From positions 704,001 to 768,000 of the forward strand of contig CBDCNP010000002.1 in the NCBI GenBank assembly GCA_965219415.1: a DNA stretch of 64,000 bases, read 5' to 3'. This document shows, in pieces, positions 21,810 through 31,235 of this stretch. The translations under genes were made by a program, and so were the position numbers. A model generated the notes under the pieces. It ran no database searches. It was not told the DNA's origin and saw nothing but the letters and a program-made list of their open reading frames with translations. Source of the stretch: Candidatus Marinacidobacterales bacterium. Its GTDB lineage: Bacteria > Acidobacteriota > Vicinamibacteria > Marinacidobacterales > DATDRI01. Positions within the stretch are counted from its first letter, which is position 1. Each line of letters opens with the position of its first letter.

Positions 21810-23187
21810 ATGATAGCGACCACTTCCCCCGCGTCCCGTCGGGTCGGCCGAATCCTCATCGTCGACGATGAGGTCAAGATCTTGAAGCTTCTTTCGCGGT
21901 ACTTCTCCCGCCAAGGGCACGAGGTCAAAGTCACGACGGAGCCTTACGAAGCCCTCCGGCTGGTTCAATCCGAGCGGTTCGATGTCCTGATCCTCGACCA
22001 CCGCATGCCGCAGCTCACCGGCCTCGAGGTCTTCAAACGGGTCCGACGGGGCGAGTCCTCGCCGCGAGTCATTTTGATGACCGCTCATGCGACGGTGGAA
22101 AAGGCCGTAGAGACGATGAAGCTCGGCGCGGTCGATTACATCCAAAAACCCTTCGACTTCGACTCGATGAAAGAGGCGGTGCGGAAGGCTCTCGAGCAAC
22201 AGAGCGGGCCGGAGGCGCCGACGGCCCGGGTGGCAGCGTCCACGGAAACAGAGAGCCCTCTCAAATTGGTGGGTCGAAGCCCAGCCATAGGGGAATTGCT
22301 CACCAAAGATTAAAGCCGTGGCCGCTACCGATTCGACGGTCCTCATCACCGGCGAGACGGGTACTGGCAAGGAGCTCGTCGCGCGCGCCATCCATGACCA
22401 ATCCGGAAGAAGCGGCAAGCCCCTGGTTCGCGTCAACTGTGCGGCTATCCCCGAGGGCTTGCTCGAGAGCGAAATGTTTGGCCACACACGGGGGGCGTTC
22501 ACCGGAGCGACCCAGAGTCGTCGCGGCAAATTCGCACTCGCTCACGGAGGCAGCCTGTTCTTGGATGAAATCTCCGGACTGGGCTCGTCCCTCCAACAAA
22601 AGCTCCTGCGAGTCTTGCAGGAGCGAGAGTTCGAGCCCTTGGGCTCCGAACGAACCACCAAGGTCGATGTCCGCATCCTGGCAGCGACGAACCGCAATCT
22701 GTCCGAGCTGACCCAGAACGGCGACTTTCAAGAGGACCTCTACTATCGGCTCAACTTGATTCCCGTCGACGTCCCCCCGCTTCGCGAGCGGCGCGACGAT
22801 ATCCCGTTGCTGGCCGAGACGTTTCTCGAACGATTCTCGGCGAAACTGCGCAAGCCGTTCCGCGACTTCTCTCCGGAAGCGATGGAGTTATTGATCCGCT
22901 ACGACTGGCCGGGCAACGTCCGTGAGCTCGAGAACGCGGTGGAACGAGCGGTGGCACTAGGCGCGGGTCCGAGCGTCGGGTCAGAATATTTCGGGGACCT
23001 TGAACAAGCGCCTTCGCACGGCCCGCCCTTGCCGACCCTCGACCTTCACGAGAATCTCGGGTGGATCACTCGGCAAACGATTCGACGAAGCCTGGAAAAA
23101 GTAAACGGTCGTAAGAAAGAGGCCGCGGCTTTGCTGGGTATCAGCCCACGCGCGCTTAGCTACTACTTGCGCAAGTACGATCTGTAG
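21810..23187 (+). pseudogene. NtrC-family sigma54-dependent response regulator, frameshift near 22305-22318
   Basis: Receiver ILIVDDE...[30 protein letters not shown] and a Fis-type HTH. Confidence 0.9.
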
Positions 23188-23314
23188 AGTACTCGCTCAC
23201 TCCTCGTTCGCTCGCTGGCCGCGCTCCCATCGCGCAGAGTGCAGTGATTTGTTTCGCACCCTGCTAGTTGCCCTAATTCAGGACGACACCACCCCGCACC
23301 GTCGCCTCGCCCAG

Positions 23315-23405
23315 TTTTCCACAGAATCTGTGCAGTTCATGTGGAAAAGCTATCGATCGAGGCCCTCAGACCCGCGAGTCGGTTGTCTTTGGAGCGTTTT
23401 GCACA
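23315..23405. promoter_or_regulatory. DnaA-box-like cluster, continuing beyond the IS to about 25037
   Basis: TTTTCCACA (23315), inverted TGTGGAAAA (23340) and TTTTGCACA (23397); weaker TTGTCCAC, TTTGCACA, TTTCCAC and GTGGACAA follow the IS. Confidence 0.45.
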
Positions 23406-23425
23406 ATCCTTGAGCAGAGATTTGT

Positions 23426-24804
23426 GGGTCTACGCGGATTCGTGTGGGTTGAAAACTGCATTTCTGGGTAATGGCGGAAGGAAAGTCGCCACGATCTTCA
23501 GCTTGAGATATTCCTCGTCGCGATAGCCGTAGGCGCGTCGTTGCAGAACACGGATTTTGTTGTTGACCCCTTCAACTAGGCCGAGACTGACTTTGTTCTC
23601 CGGATGACAGTAGGAGGCGATACCATCCCAATGGGACTCAATCATACCGGCGAACTTCTGGTACGGATGCAGGCGTTGCCATTTGAGGCTGTCTTTCCAA
23701 CGAGTGAAAAAGGCGCGAGCGCCGCGTTCGGTGCGGTAATCCCAGAGTTGCCCGAAGGCCTCCTTCAAAATATAGGCGGTGTTCAGGCGCCGGTTGGCCT
23801 GGAGCAACTTTTTGAGTGCGCGGCGACCGTCTAGGCTCAGGTTCTCCCGCCGGGAAAGCAAAGTGTAACGCTGCCCCTTGATGTACGACCGGTCCTTGCC
23901 GCTGAGGCGTTTGTACTCACCGCGCCGGACCTCATCGAGGGCCTTTGACAGATGACGCATGATATGAAACTTGTCGAAGATGATCCGCGCATTAGGCGCG
24001 TTGTGAATCACCGAGTTCCGGAAGGGCTTCCACATATCCATGGCGGCCAGCTTGATACGGGCGCTTTTCTTTCCGCCCAGCGCCTTGAAGAACAAATCGA
24101 TGTCGGTTTCTTTGCGACCCTCACCGCCCACCCAGATGGGACGCGCCCGCTCCAGGTCGCTGACAATGACGCGATAGTTATGTCCCTTGCGGATGGAGAT
24201 CTCATCGACACCGATGGCCCGAGGCGCCGGTAGCCCCGCCCGGTCGACCTGCTCTTGCATGTAGAGCGTATCCAGAGCCTTCACCGTACCGTGGTGCAGA
24301 CGTTCCATCTCGGCCACCGCCTTGTTCGGCATATCCCGGCACAGCTTGCCCACATGCGTCGCAAAACGCTGGGTGTAGCGCGAGTTGTTCGCCAGCCAGT
24401 CTAGGTGTTCTACATGCACACCGCCGCACCCAGAACAGTTGACGCGCCAACGCTCGTATTCCAGATAGATCCGCCAGCCTGCCAACGACAGGTCGCGGAC
24501 CCGGCACACTTGCTTGTCATAGCGCCCCCGGCACCGTTGCCCACAGTAAGAGCACACAGCTGTTTTTTTCGCCTCTTGAGCTGGATGACGCGGGCGTATC
24601 GGTCACCGAATAGACCCTTCAATCCGGCACCAACCACGAAACCTGGCAGCGCAAACAGCGAGCGGATCGACTGGGAATTTTTCACTCGGTTAGCCTATCC
24701 TAAAAATGGACCACTTTTCAGCACCTGATGAAGTACTCGATACCTTTTCCACACAATGAGTTACACTGTTTTTCCGTCAGAACTTACCGAATCCGCGTAA
24801 ACCC
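23426..24804 (-). mobile_element. Complete ISL3-family insertion sequence (1379 bp)
   Basis: Inverted ends GGGTCTACGCGGATTCG / CGAATCCGCGTAAACCC, with 8-bp direct repeats AGATTTGT at 23418-23425 and 24805-24812. Confidence 0.95.
23430..24685 (-). CDS. ISL3 transposase in two frames joined at an A7C slippery site (about 24562-24569)
   Basis: Short upstream ORF MKNSQ...QLKRRKK, then the -1 frame CSYCGQRC zinc finger, IGVDEISI, MDMWKPF, FDKFHI, VEGVNNKI. Confidence 0.9.
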
Positions 24805-25109
24805 AGATTTGTTTGTCCACTTTTGGGAAGAAACATAATTCATTCGCCTGATACCAAAACATTCCTAACACAGTGACCCACTTCACACCCAACGAGCGGT
24901 ATGACTGGGGTTTGTGTGCTCTTACGCACACATCGTCGGCGGAAACACCAACACATCGGCCGGGATTTGCACAACCTTCGGGCTGAGAATTTCGGCTCTT
25001 TCCACTCTTGGGTTTTAGGGAAGATCCCGTGGACAATACGTCCCGTCGAGAGCGGCCCGGGGGATGCTCGGGAGGCTCGTAGCCCGAACATGAAAAGGAG
25101 GTTGGGGTC

Positions 25110-25427
25110 ATGCAGGGCACCGTCAATCTTCAGCTACAAGATTTTCCGACTTCTCTGCTTTCCAGGATCGATCGCTATGCGCAGCTACTGGAGGAGTTCA
25201 ACCCTGGGGTGAAGTTCACGAGGGGGGCGTGCGTAACGAGCCTACTCTCTCGCGCATTAGCCGAGATCGAGGGACAGTCGGCATGGGGGCGTCGCAAGGG
25301 ATCCGAGCATCGCCAAGGACTGCGAGACCGCGATCGCCGACGGAATGTCCGTCGCTGGCGCGACAACCTCATGGAGGACGCGGAGAAAGACGTTCTCAAC
25401 AACCTGAGGGATCGTCCTCCTCTCTAA
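25110..25427 (+). CDS. Small putative ribbon-helix-helix DNA-binding protein with Arg-rich C-terminus
   Basis: Strong AAGGAGG RBS. The N-terminus has a strand-helix-helix pattern (TVNLQL / TSLLSRIDRYA / TRGACVTSLLSRAL), followed by RRKGSEHRQGLRDRDRRRNVRR. Confidence 0.55.
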   Translation: MQGTVNLQLQDFPTSLLSRIDRYAQLLEEFNPGVKFTRGACVTSLLSRALAEIEGQSAWGRRKGSEHRQGLRDRDRRRNVRRWRDNLMEDAEKDVLNNLRDRPPL

Positions 25428-25578
25428 CAAGTGCCACCCTTTTGGTTTTGTAAGAAAATCGCGACAAGTGCCAGGTAATTGAAAGGCGCTAGTACCCGAA
25501 GACCCACCCTTTCTTAGGCAACCACGTACCACCCACGTTGGTGTGCGACCTCCGGTCGCGCGCTAGACTAGACCCACT

Positions 25579-26103
25579 ATGGAATTCCAACTGCAACAAT
25601 CCCTCGAGATCCTGGAGAGGACACCGAAGACTCTCCGGTCTCTTCTAGAAGGTCTCTCGGACCCCTGGCTGCTCAACAATAAAGGCCCCGAGACTTTCAG
25701 CCCTTTCGACGTCGTGGGCCACTTGATCCATGGCGAAGAGACGGACTGGATCCCTCGCGCCAAGATCATCTTGGAACATGGCGAATCGAGGCCCTTCACC
25801 CCGTTCGATCGGTTCGCGTTCTACGAGGCGAGCAAGGGAAAGAGCCTTAGCGCGCTTCTCGTGACCTTCCAGAAGCTTCGGGAGCAGAACGTCGAGGTCT
25901 TGAAAGGGCTCGGTCTAACCGCGGAACAGCTCGATCTGAAGGGCACTCACCCTGAGCTCGGCCAAGTATCGTTGAGGCAGCTACTCGCCACGTGGGCCAC
26001 ACACGATCTGGGACACCTCGGTCAGATCGTCCGGGTCATGGCTACGCAATATGACTCGGAAGTCGGCCCTTGGAAGGAGTTTATTTCTATCTTGAAACGA
26101 TAG
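25579..26103 (+). CDS. DinB/YfiT-family protein
   Basis: ILERTPKTL, DVVGHLIHGEETDWIPR, GTHPELG, TWATHDLGHLGQI. Confidence 0.88.
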   Translation: MEFQLQQSLEILERTPKTLRSLLEGLSDPWLLNNKGPETFSPFDVVGHLIHGEETDWIPRAKIILEHGESRPFTPFDRFAFYEASKGKSLSALLVTFQKLREQNVEVLKGLGLTAEQLDLKGTHPELGQVSLRQLLATWATHDLGHLGQIVRVMATQYDSEVGPWKEFISILKR

Positions 26104-26218
26104 TGCGACCCCGGCGGCTCCACCGAACCGTACCACCCAAACTGGCAATCTTTTGCCGCTGAAGTACTTGCACCCGACGGCCCACCGCCATAAGATCCCT
26201 TCCTATTAAAGGAGGCCG

Positions 26219-29080
26219 ATGGTCGGGCGGACCCTCTCCCACTATAAGATCCTCGACGAAGTCAGCCGTGGCGGTATGGGTGTCGTCTACCGCGCCGTCG
26301 ACACCAAGCTGAACCGCGAGGTCGCCTTCAAAGTATTACCCGCCGATCTCATCTCGGACCCAGAGCGGAAACGCCGGTTCCTTCAAGAAGCGCAGGCCGC
26401 CGCATCGCTCGAGCATCCCCATATCGCCACCATCTACGAAGTCGACGAAGCCGAGGGCGTGACCTTCATGGTCATGGAGCTCATCCGCGGTGAGAAACTG
26501 AGCGCGATCATCGAAAAAGAACGACCGTCCCTCCAGCGATCGCTCGACCTGGGCCTCGAGGTCGCGGAGGGGCTGGCCGAGGCCCATGACAAGGGCATCG
26601 TTCACCGCGATCTCAAGCCCGACAACGTCATGCTCGCCTCGAACGGCCACGCCAAGATCATCGACTTCGGTCTCGCCAAGCTGGTCGAGCCGCTCGGCGG
26701 TGAAGGAAGAGACCGAGGCGCACACCGCGCTCCGTCGGGAGACCGATCCCGGTGTGGTGATGGGGACCGCGTCCTATATGTCACCGGAGCAAGCTCGGGG
26801 ATCCAAAGTGGATCACCGGAGCGACATCTTTAGCCTCGGGATCCTGCTGTACGAGCTTCTGTCCGGAAAGCCGCCCTTCCAAGGTAGTAGTGGCATCGAA
26901 ATCCTGAACGCCATCCTCAAGGAGACTCCGGCTCCCCTGCCTCCGCTCGGCGGCGACGTGATGCCGGAAACGGCGTTCGAGCTCCAGCACATCGTGGACA
27001 AGTGTTTGGCGAAGGATCCCCGCGATCGATATCAGGGGATGAAAGACCTGGTAGTCGATCTCCGTTCGGCTAGGCGACGGTTGGAGTCGACCACCATCAG
27101 CGGCGTTCGCAGTAGTGGAGCGGTCCCGTTACCCACCGAGTCCCGACAGCGAAAAACCTGGCTCATCGGCGGCGGGGTTGCCGCCGCTCTTGTTGCAGCG
27201 GCGACCGCTATGATGCTGACGAACCCGGGACGAGACACGCCGCCTGCCTCGGTCAGCCCGGAGAAACCCTCCATCGCGGTTCTCTACTTCCAGAACAACA
27301 CGGGCGATGAGACTCTCGACTGGCTCCGCACCGCTTTGGCCGACATGTTGGTGACGGACCTATCCCAATCACCGGAGGTCGAAGTTCTCGGAACCGATCG
27401 TCTCTACGAGATTCTGGAGGAGATGAACCGGCTGGACGAACGCATCACTTCGTTCACCGTCGTCAAGGAAGTAGCGGAACGGGCCGGCGTCAACAACGTG
27501 CTCCTCGGGGACTTCGTCAAGGCCGGCGCCACCATCCGCATCAGCGTCCGGCTTCAGGAGGCAGAAACGGGCAAGATCTTGACGACCGAAAAAGTCGAGG
27601 GCGTAGGCGAAGACAGCATTTTCCCTATGGTCGACGATCTCAGCCAACGGATAAAAAGCAAGTTCGAGATTCCAACGACGGTAGATGACGAGCTGGACCG
27701 GCCACTTCGAGACGTCACCACCGACTCGGTCGAGGCGTACCGTTACTTCGCCGAAGGCTACCGCCTGCAGACCCAAGGAAACGATCGCGACGCTATCCCG
27801 CTCCTGGAGAAGGCGGTCGAGGTCGATCCGGGGTTTGCCATTGCCCTGGCCAGCCTGTCCGACGCTTACTGGAACCTAATCAAAGAAGGAAATCGGAAGA
27901 GGCTTCGAGGCGAGCTCTAGACAACTTGGATCGGTTAACCACACGCGAACGCTATTTCATCGAGGGAAACTACTACACGCTGAGAGAAGAAAACTACGCT
28001 CGGGGCATCGAGGCCTTCAAGAAGGGCCTCGAGCTTTGGCCGGACCACACCGATTCGAGCAACAACCTGGCGAACGTCTTCGCGCACCTAGAGCTCTACG
28101 AAGACGCCATCGCACTCGATGAAGTCCTGGTGCGGCGACGGGAGCGGTTCCCAGGTGTCTACAACCGGTTGGCCCGCTCCTACTCCGCTCTCGGGGAACG
28201 AGAGAAGGGCGATCGGCTACTGCAGAACTACCTGCAGCAGAGCCCGGGGGGTACCGCGCACCTCTGGCTCGGAAACCACCACAAGGAATGGGGCGCGTGG
28301 GAGAAGGCTCTCGAAGCTTACCACGAGGTACAAGAGATCGTTCCCGATTCACCCCATGCTCGGTGGGGTCGATTCGAGGTGGCCTCCCTGACCGCGCGAT
28401 GGGATGAGGCGCGGGCCATCACTCGGGAATTCGAAGAATCGAGTGTGCCGCGATGGCAATACACTGGGGCGGTCGGGCTCGCTGGATTGCAACTCTACCT
28501 TGGCAACGCTTCCGAGGCACTCCGCTGGGCCAGAAAGGCGGGGAGCGTTTATTCGCAGCCGAAACCTGACCAGACCGAGGGTGCCACTCTGGCTGCCCGG
28601 ATATGGCTCGGGCGCAACGAACCCAACGCTGCTCTCGCGCCGTCGAGGGAGGCCCAAGAGCAAGGCAAAGGAAACTCGGGCGAGTGGATCGGGCTTTATT
28701 TAGAATCTTTGGCGCTCGTACGGTTGGGACGAATGGAGGATGCCGATAGGCAGGCGGAGAAACTTCGCGAGCGGACCGTTTCCATCCCGGGTCCTAAAGA
28801 GACGAGACGCCATCACCTTCTTCTGGGCGAGCTAGCGTTGGCCGAAGGGGATACGGCAGGAGCGATCGAGCAGCTGGAGAGAGCGGAATCAACGCTCGCG
28901 CCGCGAGGGTACATGGAATCGCACCACGTCGCCGTCCGGTTCGCCCTCGGCTCCGCCTATTTGAAGGCGGGGAAGGAAGCACAAGCCGCCGAGCGGTTTC
29001 GCCGCGTGACCGAAAGCACGACCGAACACCTCGCCTTCCCCATTGAGTACGTGCGGAGCTTCTACTTCCTCGCAAAGATT
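26219..29080 (+). pseudogene. Hanks-type Ser/Thr kinase with TM, TolB-N-like domain and TPRs; broken near 26705 and 27900, 3' end lost
   Basis: GGMGVVY, HRDLKPDN, DFGLAK, YMSPEQ, PSIAVLYFQN and TPR helices; runs into asparaginase sequence at 29081. Confidence 0.85.
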
Positions 29081-29698
29081 CCACGTAATCTGTTGAATGC
29101 CGTTAGGGTGGCCGTCTCACCGGAAGCGGTCGACATGGGAACCCTGGTGGTCATGAACGGGCAGATCGATGCGGCGCGAGAAGTGACCAAGACCAGCACC
29201 ATCGCCCGCGAGACTTTCAAGACGTTGGAGTTCGGTGCATTAGGAGTCGCCGACCTTGGTGGCGTGCGGTTTTATCGGACTCCGCTGCGACGCCAAACGA
29301 TTCCTCTTGCCAACGACGCGCGTTTGGTCGCGTGGAGATCGTGCCCCACTATGCAGGTGCCGACGGCCGACTCGTCCGCGCGCTACTAAACGATGACCAA
29401 CCCCCTGCCCTCGCCGGGCTCGTGATTGCGGCGACCGGTCTCGGCCACGTCAGCGCTTCGACGCATGATGTCATCAAGGAAGCGCGCGATCGCGACATCC
29501 CTGTCATTAGTTAGTACGCGGGTTTACACAGGGAGATTGATGCCTCTCTACGCGGGAAAGGGCAAGGGTGTCGACCTTCGGGAACTCGGTTGCATCCTCG
29601 CAGATAACCTCAGTCCTCAGAAGGCGCGGATTCTGTTGATGGTCGCTCTGACGAAGACCAGCGACCCCGAAGAGCTCCAGCGCTTCTTCGATTCATGA
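29081..29698 (+). pseudogene. L-asparaginase remnant lacking the N-terminal catalytic part
   Basis: PRNLLNAVRVA...VVMNGQIDAAREVTKTST, GLVIAATGLGHV, ADNLSPQKARILLMVAL...LQRFF; internal frameshift and stop. Confidence 0.85.
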
Positions 29699-29896
29699 GT
29701 TTTGTCAGGCGCCTGACATTGAGAAGAAAAGTAACAAAGCCTCGCAGCACTCGCGCGGGAACATGCCGCCACCATTTCGGCTCCCCTCCGAACGTTTCCA
29801 GGCGTCTCCAAGTTTCGTTGACGTGAATTTCGCGGCTGAGTCGGCTTCCTAAGCACACGAATCCCCTTCGATCACAGCCTCAAGAAGATTTCGTGG

Positions 29897-30943
29897 CTAC
29901 GCGGCGCCAGCCGGGGCTGCGGCCTCGCCTTGCTCTTGCCCCGGCAGCTCGAAGTCGTCGGGTTCGAACGCTTCCGCTGCTAATTCGTTGAAGCGCTCGA
30001 CGCTCGACTCCATCAGCTCCGGTCTCCGCCACTCAAGCTCGTCAGGTGCTTTTCCACTCACCCAAATGTTTCCCGCGTGCAACATGCGGTGGTGAACGAA
30101 ACAGAGCGTCAGCACATTGGACGGCGAGTCGCTCTCCGCTCGACTCTTCTTTCCGGTATGACTGCGAAAGACAATGTGATGCGGGTGAAGTCCACACATC
30201 ACGGAGCAACCTGGATACTGGCACCGGTACTCGTCTCGTTTGAGAACCTCGAGTTGAGCCTTGGTGAAACGTACGGGAACGGGGGGCGGCAGCTCATCGC
30301 CCTCAGGGCACGCCGACGGAGCGCCCTCTGTAGCGGAGGCTTCCACGATCTCGACGTCCTGCTCCGCCATGTATTCGTATGTCGCGAGGAACTCTCCACA
30401 TATGAGGTCGAGACATCGGCCCGGGTCGATTTCTTCGCCCGCCATTCTTCGGCAGATTTCCATCGCTCGAGCGACGACAGCAGTCTGCTCACCAGTCAAC
30501 CACCAGTTCACGTTGCTCCCGCCGGGTTGGAGTTGATCGCGGATATGCCTTTCGAGTTGTCGCGTCGAAAGGCTGACGGCTTTGTCCAGCCACTCCTTTT
30601 CGTCCTTGGCGGTTGCGACCATGGCGACCTTGGACGCCTTGGTCCAGCCAATGTCTCCCCGTGCCAGGGCCTCGGTGACCTTGGGTAGAGCGAGAAGCTT
30701 CCGGCCCAGAGCCAGCAATTGCCGGATCTTGCTCGGAGAGAAGCCGAGGAGCTCCAGCGCATAGTCCTCGACGTTGGCGAAGCCGAAGTCCTCGTATCCA
30801 CGTCGTCGCTTTATCTGTAACAAATAAAGGCAGATAAGTCTCTCCGACCTCTGATAGGCCTGGACCTCTTTTTCCAGCCGCCGGTGCAGCTCGGCAATGG
30901 CAAGTTGTTGATAGGATTGAAGTTTTTTCATGACACCCTCCAT
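29897..30943 (-). CDS. DUF222-like domain plus HNH endonuclease
   Basis: LPKVTEALARGDIGWTKA, VLKRDEYRCQYPGC, LHPHHIVFRS, SNVLTLCFVHHRMLH. Alternative start 30931 after GGAGGG. Confidence 0.85.
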   Translation of the reverse strand: MEGVMKKLQSYQQLAIAELHRRLEKEVQAYQRSERLICLYLLQIKRRRGYEDFGFANVEDYALELLGFSPSKIRQLLALGRKLLALPKVTEALARGDIGWTKASKVAMVATAKDEKEWLDKAVSLSTRQLERHIRDQLQPGGSNVNWWLTGEQTAVVARAMEICRRMAGEEIDPGRCLDLICGEFLATYEYMAEQDVEIVEASATEGAPSACPEGDELPPPVPVRFTKAQLEVLKRDEYRCQYPGCSVMCGLHPHHIVFRSHTGKKSRAESDSPSNVLTLCFVHHRMLHAGNIWVSGKAPDELEWRRPELMESSVERFNELAAEAFEPDDFELPGQEQGEAAAPAGAA

Positions 30944-31059
30944 TCGAAGTATATTAGATATTTTAGCAATTATTTAAAGAATATAAAAGAAAAAATAAAG
31001 AAATAACGAGTCTAAGCAACTGTAAAATAAATGGTTATACTTCTGGCTCAACTTCGCTC

Positions 31060-31171
31060 ATGAGCTGCGGCCCCGAGGACATGGGCTGCGGTTCTAAGGA
31101 ATGGGCTGCGGCTCGAGGGAATGGGCTGCGGCTCGAGGGAATGGGCTGCGGCTCGAGGGAATGGGCTGCGG
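31060..31171. repeat. Tandem array of about 5.5 units of 20-21 bp (ATGGGCTGCGG plus 9-10 nt)
   Basis: Units start at 31060 (21 bp), 31081, 31101, 31121, 31141 and 31161 (partial). Three are identical ATGGGCTGCGGCTCGAGGGA. Confidence 0.95.
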
Positions 31172-31235
31172 AGACGGCCGGAGCCATTGACTTTTCAGAC
31201 CGGGAAGCCGTATTTTCCACTACGATAGGAAGCGA

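Noticed and set aside
25522-26140. Short repeats (CGTACCACCCA, GTGCGACC) on both sides of dinB suggesting a cassette
   Set aside because: The matches are short and in swapped order, so they do not define a duplication or att pair.
26143-26157. Sigma54 promoter TGGCAATCTTTTGC before the kinase
   Set aside because: GG-to-GC spacing is 9 nt rather than the required 10.
31060-31171. CRISPR array
   Set aside because: The period is only 20 bp, three units are identical, there are no 26-45 nt unique spacers, and no cas genes are in the window.
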